A DNA stretch of 62,510 bases, counting the filler, from Polymyxa betae A26-41 (lineage: Eukaryota; Protista; Endomyxa: Phytomyxea), in the NCBI GenBank assembly GCA_003693705.1. It is 4 parts of 4 records of this genome, joined end to end, with 100 filler letters (N's around TTAATTAATTAA, not from the genome) between each part and the next. Parts side by side here need not be neighbours in the genome. Positions count along the whole stretch, not along the records: positions 21,833 to 37,640 come from RBZT01000380.1; positions 37,741 to 56,069 come from RBZT01000624.1; 2 more parts are not named here. The stretch is one strand, 5' to 3'. This document shows positions 34,113-46,288 of this stretch, piece by piece. Positions within the stretch are counted from its first letter, which is position 1. Each line of letters opens with the position of its first letter. The notes beneath the pieces were generated by a model that saw only the letters and a list, made by a program, of their open reading frames with translations, was not told where the DNA came from and searched no databases. The position numbers were made by a program, and so were the translations under genes.

Positions 34113-35814
34113 GGCCACGCATCAACCCGGCTGAATTCAATGTATCGAAATACAATTATTTCCATACTCGCCCTTTCTAGGTCTTTGATAAAGTCGAGAG
34201 AAAATCTGTTTTGAAAATAGAGCGCAGCCTGTAGTTTCCAGCTGATCGGTTCTTTTGAATCCCGCGCATCTTATACATTGTTTGTATTGAGAATCGTCAG
34301 CGCCCGCGAATGATACTCGGAACTCCAGCAGAGCCAGTACGACCGGTCGAACCGCGAAAGTGTATCGATTTCGGAGTTTCGAATAGTGCGCGACCGACGC
34401 GATTCCTTCCCGAGATTATCCTCATCGTACTGTATGAGGGTCTTTTGAACAGGAACAGGTACGACGACGTCTTCGATCGAGGGGATGCAATCGCGTCCAT
34501 GCTGGCCCTCGGTATATCCAGAGCTGTCCAGAGAATTCGCGTCATATTGTAGGCGGAGAGCGTTCAGTTCGGATTTGATCTGTGACTCTCAGATGGCCCA
34601 GGATACTGTTACAGGTTTGTATTGAAGCTCCGGATTTTGGAATATGGAGTTGGTGTCCAATTATGCCGCCATTTGTAGCCCGAAACTATTACCGGGCAAT
34701 GCTCGAGTCTATATTCAATCTTCATGACTCATTGAGAAGCTCCCCTGCAGCTCTGATATGCGTTAATCGAATTCACTTATTAGAGAGCACCTGTATAACT
34801 TTTTTGCTGAAAATTATATTGTAATTCCAAATTCTATTCGACTACCTAAAAATTTATAGAAGAAAATTTGATAAATGTACCAAAACATTATCATTGAAAT
34901 CAAGAAATGGTAATACGTCCATAGCACAAGGACAGATAGATGACCTTCAAGGATTGTCTTCTTTTATACAAACTTTAACATTTGGACATTTAATATGTAA
35001 ATTGTGCAGTTCGCTACTGTTTGGTGATGCGGATCAGTTGTCACCGCCGGGCTGAGTGGACATAGCGAGTGGGTTGCGCTCACAGGTCCTCACAATATGG
35101 GTCGCTCAGCTTTGATGGGATTGTCTTCGCATATACCAGCTCGAACATTTGATACTATGAGCAGTGCTTTAGGCAAGCGTCTCTTGCTCAATTTTAGACG
35201 CAGGATTGTTATCGACTTTTTCAAAGGATGTAATATCGACATCATTTTGAATTGTGGCTTTTCTTGATTTCATGCCGAACAATTATAAATTTATGCAAGT
35301 TTGGGGAATTAATGACCATTCTCAGTAAGAATTCAAAGTGCTCGTTCATGATTATCCTGCGATTCATTCGCAGCCCGCGAATCGGTAATATATTACCACT
35401 CTTTTGATTGTATTTTGATAAGCGGCTAATAAAGATGAGTGAACAATGCTTTGTCAGCATTCCAATGATTTTCCATAGCCAAATATCGAATATGGTGCCA
35501 ATCCGGGTATCATACGTCAGAGGTCTCTGGATTCGTCTTAACACGGCAGTGGACATCTTTTAGGGTTTAAAGTCCAAAAGTCGCTGCCCCTTCCACGGTT
35601 TTTAGTTCATTTCTTAAAGAACTTGATCATTTTGTTTAAATTTTATTTCATTTTTTTTTTAAATTCAAAGAAAAGCCACGGTGTCAACACGATTCCATCA
35701 ACCACGGAGTGCGCGAAGTTGCCTCCGTTCTCCCTGCGTGAGTCACATGTCCTGCTCGCTTCCCATTCAATTCTTTGCAACAAGATCTGCATCTCTGTAC
35801 GGCCGGACAGCAAC

Positions 35815-36290
35815 ATGGCAATTGCACAGTTTTACAAACCAGCTGCTGTTATTGTCAGCATATTGCTCGGCATTTCGTTGATTATCGGGGCTGTTGTCAT
35901 TTACAAGCTTCATTTCTCACCCAAATCTACTTCTGTTCGTGGAATTATTTCTATCAGTACTGAACTAATATTGAATAACAGAAGGATTCTCCAGATGCCA
36001 TTTTATCTCCTGATACATCTGATCAGAAATCCCATGAACATTGTCATCCAATGAATCCATCGCTACAGGCACCATCCCGTGCTAATCCTACTGATGGTCC
36101 AGAGCAGAGTCTGTTGCGATCTACTCAGAACCACACAACACCTGATACCGATCCTGCCTTAGAGGATATCCAAGTAGGAGCTGATCCAGATTTGCCTCAA
36201 TGCAATACTACTACTAAGGCGGTGGAGGGTGTCTCAGGGTTAGAAATATTCAGGGTTAGCGAGTTAGTCATCATTATTTATCATTACTAA
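35815..36290 (+). CDS. Small single-pass membrane protein of unknown function; 3' end uncertain
   Basis: ATG at 35815; TM segment AAVIVSILLGISLIIGAVVIY. Intron 35935-35981 joins in frame to KDSPDAIL... and ORF 36051-36290. Confidence 0.55.
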
Positions 36291-36344
36291 ATACGAAAAG
36301 CGTGTTTGTTGTGTATACAACCCATTACAATCCGTGAATTGAAA

Positions 36345-36735
36345 TTGCGTATCGTGGTATTTGTCATGGGTTGAACCCGTAACAAAATTGCGCAGCGTGG
36401 TATTTGTCATGGGTTGATCCCGTAACAAAACCGGGTATCCTGTTGGTCTCCATAGTCGTAGGGTCACCGTCTTAGTCATGGGATAGATTGGTGACAAACA
36501 AGGATCAGGCTCAGGGTCATCATTTGTCATGGTAGGCACTCCTTACTAACCCGGCCATGACCCATGCCTGCAACCTGCTTAGGGTCACGGTGCTTAGTTT
36601 CTGGATATACCCATAACAAACCAGAATTACATTTAGGGTCACCATCTGTCAAGTTACATAATACTACTAACATGGAATATATTCATACTGTAACCGACCC
36701 TGGCCAATAGGTCATTTCATGACGTCCCGTAACTA
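36345..36735. repeat. Cluster of short direct and inverted repeats, probably a non-autonomous DNA transposon end
   Basis: CGTGGTATTTGTCATGGGTTGA.CCCGTAACAAAA twice (~36352, ~36396); AGGGTCA four times; several GTCATGG/CCATGAC. Confidence 0.5.
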
Positions 36736-37640
36736 ACTAATGCAATTCATGGTCGTCATTGATTTTATTATTGAAAAAGACTCTCGATTTTATAGATTTT
36801 TCGACTCAGCGATTTGGGAGAGTCTATAAGCACTGACGATTATAATCCTGTTGTTTCAGGTCTCTTATCTCGATCTCTAGCAAAAAACAGCCTGGTTTTT
36901 ATCTGTCTATTCATTCACTTTCGCTGATTGTAGTAAGTAGTCTGTTGTACATTATTATCAAGATAAAATGCCCTGATCGCGATGTGGTCGGTATTTGACC
37001 TTCTTTGAGAGTGGCGCCGCAGGTCGTCACGTACTGAAGCTTCCTGAATGACTTTGAACAAGCTGATAGCTGCACAACAAGCGATTCATAGCCTCCAGCA
37101 TAACAGTAGGAACGACGAGGCAGCCATTCGAGCTGAAGAGAAATCTGTTGAGCTTCCCCTTTTCGCTGCTCAATGATTCTCTTTCCCAATCCCTATCAAT
37201 ACATCCTCGTATCAATCCAACTTTGATTAGTGATTTCTTAAACTTGCATCGAAAAAAACCTAGATTACGATTTTATTCGGCCTGATTAACATCAGTAAAG
37301 ACGCCGATGCTTTTTAGAAGAATCGCATAGTCATCACCGAATGAAGCCATCACAACGATCTTGAACGACCTGATTGCTTCTAAAGAGCCGCCTCTGAACA
37401 TGCAGCGTTGTATTAGAAGCGACCAGACAGCCATAGGGTTAGGGTTTAAAAATAATAAAGAGGTGATTTTCGATGGACCTGTTGACGGAATTTCCTGCGG
37501 TCAGCGCAAGTTATCCGAGCCTGTGACGCGAACTCCGTGTCCGTTTCTGGCCGTTAATACAAAGCGTATACGGCGCTTCTTCAAGCGCAGGACTACGTGT
37601 TCTACGGCTCTGTAGGTGACACGATGTTTGCGGACGGAAT

Positions 37641-37740
37641 NNNNNNNNNNNNNNNNNNNNNNNNNNNNNNNNNNNNNNNNNNNNTTAATTAATTAANNNN
37701 NNNNNNNNNNNNNNNNNNNNNNNNNNNNNNNNNNNNNNNN
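37641..37740. other. Artificial contig-join spacer
   Basis: N run with TTAATTAATTAA. Confidence 0.97.
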
Positions 37741-38593
37741 AAGATGGAATAATCAGACAGCAGTTGCTATTCGAACACGAACGCGAAGTTCCAGTTTCTC
37801 TCTGCGAAAAGGATTGCAACTGTTGTCTAATCGCAGCAGAGTTTATTGATGAATACTACATCCCTCTAACGCCACAACGTGCACTGCTGCAAAGAGCTGC
37901 ACGATGGTTGGCAGCTGAACCTGAAATGATTGATATCTCCAAAAAGATACCTACGATCCAGCTCCAAGTCTACCGATCATCAGCCTTCAGCAAGACTGTT
38001 ATTTTCACTCCACACCATATGCTCCAAAAAATTATATCTGCTGTTGCTGCTAAGATTTCTGAAATCGAGTGCGATTACGACAGCATAGCTGACATTCCTA
38101 AATGGGGCGTACGAATAGCAAAATTCGGGGTTTACGACTGGTACGTACTCCTAAAATCTCAATCATAAGACCATCATCCTTATTAATTAATTCTGCAGGG
38201 ATCACCTCTCGGCAATGGAGATTGCTTACCACATGAAGAAGGACAAGCATTATACAGAACAGGTATACGAAATCCTGGAGCGCTATGCCCAGACAGAAAG
38301 TTAAATAAAACAGAAATGCGCTAGTTTACGGAATTGAACGTTTAATTGAACATTGAACAAGAAATTGGTAAAAAAAAAAGGAGCGTCACCCAACGCCGGG
38401 CTGCGCTACACTGTCGCCCTGTCACATCAGGTCTAAATTTAGATCTCTGAATTTCAATCAATCTTTGGATCGTTGACCCTGACGCTTGTTGTTTGCCCTT
38501 TTTTATGCAAACAGGAAGATAGGCAAAAGCCGGAGCGATACGAAATTCCGCAAGAGATGCTCTAAATATGCATGCGCTTTATATAAAGTTGAA

Positions 38594-39793
38594 TTAGCCG
38601 AAGAAAGTTCTTTGGGGGAATCCCATGATAGTCAGAGTACCGTTTCCTTTGTCAGTGATGTTTGGTACCGTGGTATTGCTATTTATGGGGCTATATTCAG
38701 CAATAGCGATTGCTGTCTTATTCTTCGATTGAACAATGGTGAATGGAGATAACGGGGAGCCTAACAGAGACGGGTCGTCGTTGATTACTCCAATCGGAAT
38801 AGGAGTCGGGGCCGACCCCAGATTTGGCCTTAATATAGCTGGCGACGCTGCCGGCGTCGACGCCACGCCTGGTGCCAACGTCAATGACGGCGACAGCTGT
38901 GGTGCTGCGACGCCTGGCATTGCGCCTGCAGATAACGTCGGTAATGCTGCTCCAGTTGACGATGGTATTCCGAAACCAGCTGCCGGTATAGCTCCTGTTG
39001 ACGCTGAGGATGGCATTCTAAAACCAGCTGCCGGTGTAGCTCCTGCTAATGCCGGTGTTGGTCCTGCTAATGCCGGTGTAGCTCCTGCTAAAGCCGGTGT
39101 AGCTCCTGCTAAAGCCGGTGTTGTTCCTGGTGATGCCGGTGCGGCTGGCGATGACGATGGCGGCGAAGTTGGTGCCGATGGAGTCCCAGCGGCTGCTGGG
39201 GTTGAAGCCGTTCCCGGTATGGTACACAGATTCTCCATACAAACAGTGTTACTCGGGCATGCCGAGCAGGATGCAGTGCCGGCCGTATAAGGCTTGCTTC
39301 CGACGATGTTTCCAGCGACGGTGTAGTGACAGACCCAGGCGTCAGCGACCGCTTGTCCCAGCAGATTGGGACAGGAGCGAACACCACAGCCGATCTTGGC
39401 GCTGTTGCTCCAGATCATCTGGGTATAGTGAGCACAGACCTTCCCAGCAGCACATGTGTTGGAACCGAATGAATAACTGGGCGCTTCGTTAACCCATTCC
39501 TTCACAGCATCCGCTGCCGTCATGGTCGGCCATCCCCAGGATAAGTTTTCACCCACGTTAGCCCGGCCGCTGTGTGCCGTTGGGCACGTATTGGCATAGT
39601 CCTGAGCGCTGTTGGCTAAGTCGTTGTCCCAGGTGACTCGGAACATGTCGGTGGCGACTGGAGCGATCCCCGATCGAACTGAGTTATGTAGCGACAGGAT
39701 TGTGTTGATGTCCGCCTGCGATACCGACCGGTTCGATTGACCAAGAACGCTGACAAGCGCCATTGCAAGCAGTAACCATGACAATACCGCCAT
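38594..39793 (-). CDS. Secreted CAP/SCP (PR-1-like) protein with an Ala/Pro/Thr-rich repeat stalk
   Basis: Signal peptide; LSLHNSVR, WDNDLA..AQ.YA..C, GENL, CAHYTQMIWS...IGCG and VCHY...GN; hinge CSACP...C..NLC; TPALAGA 21-bp repeats at ~39030-39125. Confidence 0.93.
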   Translation of the reverse strand: MAVLSWLLLAMALVSVLGQSNRSVSQADINTILSLHNSVRSGIAPVATDMFRVTWDNDLANSAQDYANTCPTAHSGRANVGENLSWGWPTMTAADAVKEWVNEAPSYSFGSNTCAAGKVCAHYTQMIWSNSAKIGCGVRSCPNLLGQAVADAWVCHYTVAGNIVGSKPYTAGTASCSACPSNTVCMENLCTIPGTASTPAAAGTPSAPTSPPSSSPAAPASPGTTPALAGATPALAGATPALAGPTPALAGATPAAGFRMPSSASTGAIPAAGFGIPSSTGAALPTLSAGAMPGVAAPQLSPSLTLAPGVASTPAASPAILRPNLGSAPTPIPIGVINDDPSLLGSPLSPFTIVQSKNKTAIAIAEYSPINSNTTVPNITDKGNGTLTIMGFPQRTFFG

Positions 39794-40706
39794 AGGGCGA
39801 AATAATACTTCTAATTAATATGATAATCGAATCCAATCACCGTGCAATTTTTGCAGTGATATTAAACAAATGGAGTCACCCAACCAAATCCCGCCCCAAG
39901 GATAACATCGTATCATGAATCAATATCCTCCCAAAGACATGACTCACCGACCAGATTGGTATCTTGGCTCGGGCGAGGGAAGCTAGCTGGCAGGGCGAGC
40001 TCTTTACACGTTCTGGTTCTAGCTGGGCCATGATTGCCAGTGAGTTGTTCTCCTGCTGATCAGCGTGAAAAAAACGACATTGTTCTGGACTATCTATCCA
40101 ATACATTCTTTGTCTTTCAGTTATACATAGGCGGACACTTCAGAGATGGTTTCAAGTCTTTACGGAATACAAAAGATGAGCATGTTGTCCGCATTGTAAT
40201 ACTGTACAAGTGTACTTATCGGATTTCCAGCTACAGGAATTAGAAATCCATTAGCATTCTACAATGTTTGGTCTTCTTTGAGGCCTTTAGCGTTCGTTCA
40301 CAAGCTCGGAAACTAGGGGAATCCTGTAACTTTGTACATCGTAATTGCTGCCGTATCTTACAAAGGAATACGTTGGTCGCATCTACCCACAAGTTCTGGC
40401 ATTAGCAGAACGTGTGATGTCTCTCTCGTATTTAAACCCAGTCCTTTTGACTGCTCTTGCCTTCGAAATGGCGAGAGTTCAACTTTCGTGTTTCGACTTG
40501 GCATTGTTAACATATATAGCATATTGCAAGATATTGTTGTGGTATTACAGTTAAACTTTATTAGTGTTTTTTAATTTATGATTCCGCCAGTTCAAAAGAG
40601 AAAGGAACTAGCCTGCCAAGAGGCTTCTCATCGCTTTTTACATCATGATGATCAAGTCCAGCCGTCTGACCAACAGAACCTTAGAATGTTTCACGACTGA
40701 AAAGGT

Positions 40707-41634
40707 TCAGCTTACCGTAAGATCTTGCCCAGGTTCACTTCCATTATCTGTAGCATAACCTTCATTATACAGCTTTGGCTCGGTAGGTTCTCTTCCTTCG
40801 GATGTTGTAGACATCTCTGACATTGACCTCCTTGACAACATTGAAAATTTAGAATCAGCAGTTGGCAATTCGGTTTCGATTTCTTCTCCTTTTACACTGT
40901 CTGATCTCCTCAGAACGTGGCTTATTGTATGAAGGATAGATGAACGTTTCGCTTCAGATTCTGCCATTGTCAACTTGCATATCAGCAGACCGGCTATCGT
41001 GACTGTGATGGACGAAATGATCGGTGCCGTTAATAAAACAGCAATATTTTGTTGTTTGTACATTAGGTATGGGATACATATTTGAAGGATCATAAGGAGC
41101 GGTAGCGCAAGAGATGGAAGCGAAAACAAAACCTCTTTATATTGGGGATTAAAACGCTGGCGCTCTACAGCGAATACTGCACAGAAGATTGCTAAGCTCG
41201 TGACAGCGTTGATTGCCAGAATGTCGTGATGTCGGGGAAGCATATATAGTAACTGAACAGAAAGCAGGCAAAGCGATACCATAGCCATAGACAGCACCTG
41301 AAGTGACTTCTTCATACCCAACTTGTCGTAGGTGGTGATATCGACTGTCACCATAGGGATAACGATCATTGGGATTAAGATCGGAAACGCAGCCAGCGTC
41401 GAATACAGCCCTGACGAGCATTCCACCAATGTTATCAAATGCAACACTGAACCTGGGGCGATTTAGTTAGTTATTGATTTGAAATCAGAATATTTTCGTA
41501 CCGATTGAAGTAGCTGAGGTTGTCAGCTCAAATGATTTCTGGTTGGTTTTGTGATGCCGGCTAGCAATTACAGCAACCGAAGCATGAGCAAAGACCGCTA
41601 CAGCTTGAACGCCAATGAATGAGCCTGCATGCAT
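40707..41634 (-). CDS. Multi-pass membrane protein of unknown function; 3' end may extend by splicing
   Basis: Exon 41502-41634 (MHAGSFIGVQAVAVF...) joins ORF 40707-41447 in frame through intron 41453-41501. About 7 hydrophobic segments and a Ser-rich tail. GTAAGC donor near 40716. Confidence 0.7.
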
Positions 41635-42473
41635 ATCTCAACTTGAAGCGGGAGCGCTCAGGTAAGATCTGGAAGGCATAAGTCGTGATATTTTCGTGCC
41701 TTGAGCGAGTACGACTGAACTGTGGGTTCTGATTTGAAAATCTGAACGACTACAGACAAATGCAGTTTCCACTTGACGTACTAACAGATTTTAATGCCGA
41801 TCCAAACGAAAACGAAATGTTAAAGCTTCTGCTTGATCTTTCTTACTGGTCAATTTTGGAAGCAGCGTCTTCAAGCAATGATATCAACGCTATGGTATTC
41901 CAGAACCTCAATGGAAATTGTGGATTGTCTTTCTCGACGATAACTATTTATTCCACAGCTTTCAAGCATAAAAATAGAGAAAATTGATCCATTAGATTCA
42001 GCCGCAAAGTGGAGAGAAACATCGATGGGCGACCAGCAGCTGGAAAATTCAAGGTTGAGGCATTCCGATGGTTGTGAGTGACGTTGCCTTCATGGAAAGA
42101 TCAGATATGCTGGTCCCGATTAGATGATCATTGGAACTGAAACAACAGGACAGCTCCATTTTGTCTTTCAGCGATCACTATCATCTTATTATCGCCATCA
42201 AAATGCCTTCAAACATAAAAAATTCTTCAACATCAAAATGTGTCGGGGTTGCCAACGTGAGTGGGGGATGTAACAGCATGTTTGGATCAAAATGGCCTGA
42301 TGGTGCTAACTTAACGAGCTCCAAATAAATACATATTGATCTGAATTGCCGCTCAATTTTGAAATTTTTTATCACAAAGATTTACCTTTCGAATTCATGA
42401 ATATGCAAAGTAAGAAGAGATTTCTGAGACTGCTTGCAAGATAGTGTCTTGATTCTTGAACCCCATCTGGACC

Positions 42474-44549
42474 ATGCCTCCCAAGAAAGCTGCCAAAGGA
42501 AGCACAAAAAAGTCCAAAGCAGCCGCCCGAAAAGCCGAACTGTTAGCTCAAAAACAGCGCGAAGAAGAAGAGCGACTACGGTTAGAAGAGGAGGAACGGC
42601 AGCGACGATTTGAGGAAGAGCGGCGCCGTATCGAAGAAGAAGAGAAACGCCAAATTCGATTAGGCTTAAAGAGAGATGCAGACAGAACTCGTTTGGAGAA
42701 TGAACGTGAAGCCGGTTCGACACTCGAGACAATAATCAGAATGCGTAAAACTGGACTAGATCATGAGCAAACAGAGCGAGCCGAATGGGACAAACTCCTT
42801 CGATGTGAAACGCTTCCAGATGTTAATCACGAGCCCGATCTGTCTTCGTATCTAACATTATGGAGAGACGATACACAAACGACTCCCGATCTTGTCATCT
42901 GGCAGTGCGAGGCTGCACAAGAGCTGCTCTTCGCTCTGGATGTTGTCGTAGCACAGGCCCGTCAGACGATAAGGAACGACCGGATCGACTGGGCTATTGA
43001 GAAGATGGCTGAAATCGATCAAATCTCGCAGCCTGCCTTAGATCGTATGACAGCGACGCTCCTAACCGAGGCTGATCGTGACGGTGCCATGCTGAATATG
43101 AATGTGATCAAACAAAGCAATAGCGATCTTCTCAAGGTAAGCAGCCCACCTTTGGGAATGTATCCAGCGCCCCCTTTGCTAAACCTCAATATAGGTCGGT
43201 GTTTGGACAACTGGCCATGTCAAAGTGAAACGAAACAAGCTGGTGGAGTTCGATGAGATTGGGGTGACGGTGGACCCCCCAAACATGCTCACGATGCAGA
43301 ACAACAATGGAATGGGGTTGCGCGTCATTTATCAAGCCCATGATCGCTATCAACAAGTAAACCAATCGCTATTCTGTTCATATGGCGGCGTCTACCATGT
43401 AAGCCTGGCATTTGTCAAAATCGCCATTCGTCGCTGATTGCAGAGAACAGATTGATGCAGTCGAGCTGCCGCTGCCGTCGTTCATGATGCATGATTGGGT
43501 AACGCGCGAGATCAACGATGCCTTCGAGACTGTTCAATGCCGCCAATACCCCAGCCATGCTGTTGGTGGTGATGGAACCAACGCTGCGATTCAACCGGTG
43601 AAGCTGTCATGGAAGATTGGTCGCCAGGTTATAGTCGATGATCTGCCTCAAGTCGGGTGGTGGAATAGTCAAACCTCGTCGTGGTCTACTGAAGGAATTA
43701 CAGACGTTAAGTTCAACAGTGTTAATCGAGTGATTACCCTGCAGTCATTGCAACTAAAACCGCTGGCCTTAATCCATCCACGAATTTCTGATTATCCCTA
43801 TCAAGCTTGGTCGATTAAGTCTCTAGGTCCTTCTCATATTCGTATTGCATTAGAAGGTCCACGGATGGTCGTTGAAATCGAATTACGTGATGATCAATGT
43901 GTGATAATAAGACCACAAGCGACTGAACTAGCTCATCTCACCAAGCCAATGAAGCCAGCTCCGTTTTTATCTGCATTAGAGCGATGCAGTATCTGCATTA
44001 TGCCTGACGATTTTGCTCTGAAGCAGATAGGTCATATTCTACAAGCTGAACACTGATGAAACATTGATGCTTCTAATAGGAAGAACATTGAAAGACCAAG
44101 AACTAGAGAAGACTGCTTACGAACATATGGCTAGGATGGTAGCAGCATTTGAAATGAAGCAGTCACCATGGAACTGCCAACTAAACAGTGATCATTGTGC
44201 ATTTCAAGTTTATGTCCCAAAGCACGACAATAAACAGCAGCAGCAACAACAACCCGGAGAGGGCTCTACTACAGAGCAGCCAGAAGTTAACTGTACCAAT
44301 CCAGATTGGGTTACGATTGGTGCAACGATGGGTGCGTTCTTCGTAAGCCGATATACGGATCAGGTGGAGAATCAGACCTGGGATTATGATGAGCCTGAAA
44401 TGCCAGATGAATATCGGCATATTTCTCTAACTCGAACACTCCAATCAAGATCCACAACTGGGCAAATAAGTCGGATGGAGCAGGCACCGATTTCGTTTCA
44501 AGAAGCTACGAAACAGCTGCTGACCTCATTGCGACTCTTAACATCATAA
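42474..44549 (+). CDS. DNAI7: Axonemal inner-arm dynein-associated protein CASC1/Las1/IC97
   Basis: MPPKK start, E/R coiled coil and EWDKLLRCETLPD...LSSYLTLW (Casc1_N-like); WW......WSTEGI.D and YPYQAWSIK. Introns at 43137-43194, 43399-43450 and 44031-44079 keep the frame. Confidence 0.85.
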
Positions 44550-45022
44550 ATGATCAGTTCAACTTCAATCGTGATGCGTATGAGACAGAGAAACAATGCT
44601 TGTTTGACATTTTCATTCAAAAGTTGATCACTTTCACTGTATTAATCTTGCATGATAAATCAGCAATGCAGCAGATTGGCGGCGGCAATGGTACTGATAT
44701 TCTTCAAGAATTCGTTCGGAGCAATCTTCTATATGACGTGTAGTATCCACACATAAATGTCTGATAGCCTCGTTGCCCAGATATCAATTCACTCAGCAAG
44801 CGCAAGAGCCCCACCGGTTATCTGTACCAGGTTCGAGAAGCAACCAGATCACCAATGATCCCGACATTTAGAATGAACCTGGGAATACAGAGCGATCATA
44901 CAGTATGTCCAATCGGTTACTTAGATAAGTAGTAGCGTTGGTGTCGCGCACATATCCTGAGGCAGAGTCGCTTGTTTTTATCCAAAATCAGACAGTAATA
45001 TTCTAAGAGACTTCTAATCGAG

Positions 45023-45988
45023 ATGTTGGGCCGATTGTTGCTGCTTTGCCTTGGAGTCGTTCTGGCTTCGGTACCTACCGGGATAGCATCCCTGGTTCCG
45101 GTGGGTGGACCGACACTGCAAGTTGCCGGTTTCGTCTGGTTTTAAGCCGCTGCACCTAGGTATATAGAAATTATAAGGTTACACACGAAGTGTTCTTTGA
45201 TATCAACATTGGTGGAGAGAAGGCGGGCCGTATCACGATAGGATTGTTCGGGGATGTCGTCCCGGAGACTGTTGATAATTTCCTTCATGTAAGTTGTCAG
45301 CATATTGATTTCTTATCATGCCACGAACAATTATTATGTTCTGGTTTGTCATTCTGACTGATATCATTTGCAGCTCTGTACCGGAGACAAAGGAACAGGC
45401 AAATCTGGCAAGCCACTCCACTACAAAGGTGATATCTTCATTCGGATTCTTTCTGATACCGAGATTGACACGAATCGTTGCAGGCTCGAGCTTCCACCGA
45501 ATAATTCCCGGATTCATGGTTTTTAAATCGTGTGTTATTAACCTACGCTGACAGCTGAATGCACCCTGGGTTTAGGTCCAAGGCGGTGACTTCACGAATG
45601 GTGACGGTACTGGTGGTGAATCCATTTATGGAATGAAATTCAAGGATGAGAATTTCAAGATCGAACACGCTCCCGGCTGTCTGAGTATGGCGAACGCCGG
45701 TCAGGACACAAATGGCTCGCAGGTACTGCACGCCCATTAGAGACTGGATATCTTATATTCAAGTTAATCTAATACTTGTTACAGTTCTTTATCACAACCG
45801 CAGCGACTCCATGGCTCGATAAACGACATGTAGTCTTCGGAAAGATTATGGATGAAGCGTCGGCCGGTGTGCTGAAGAAGATCGAGGCAAAGGGGACCCA
45901 AAATGGAACACCAAAGGCCAAGGTCACCATTGAGGATTGCGGTTTATTGGTGCAGCCCCCACCTCAGGAGAAAAGCAAAGAGCTTTAA
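45023..45988 (+). CDS. PPIB: Secretory-pathway cyclophilin (peptidyl-prolyl isomerase), multi-exon
   Basis: Signal peptide [16 protein letters not shown]; [72 protein letters not shown] and WLD.RHVVFG; ends SKEL. Confidence 0.93.
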
Positions 45989-46288
45989 GCAATCAAAGCC
46001 CATGACCACCATCGCTTTAACTTTGTTTTTAAATTAAACTGGAACAACGCTGCTCATGGCATTCCATCCGATTTCAGTATTGGACTGCTGACAATGAATG
46101 ACGAGGCTTTGTTAACTGAAGATTCTTCGAATTGGGTTTGCGTTGCTTTATTCAATGGCGAGGAACTAAACATTCTTCATTCGCTTGACCATGCCGAGAT
46201 ACAAACGAGCGTTTTGCCAATATGCCTCGCAGAACTTTACAGCCATTTGATGTTGGAATTATAAAACCAAATGTTTATAATCGCTAGA

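Noticed and set aside
36345-36435. Two ~35-bp direct repeats that look CRISPR-like; likewise the AGGTAGACAGGC repeats at 53842-53976
   Set aside because: Too few copies, spacers too short or irregular, eukaryotic context and no cas genes. Better explained as transposon subterminal repeats.
38736-39492. Plus-strand Ala/Gly-rich ORFs
   Set aside because: Antisense shadows of the CAP gene. The same applies to 28758-29366 and 30076-30726 opposite GC-rich genes.
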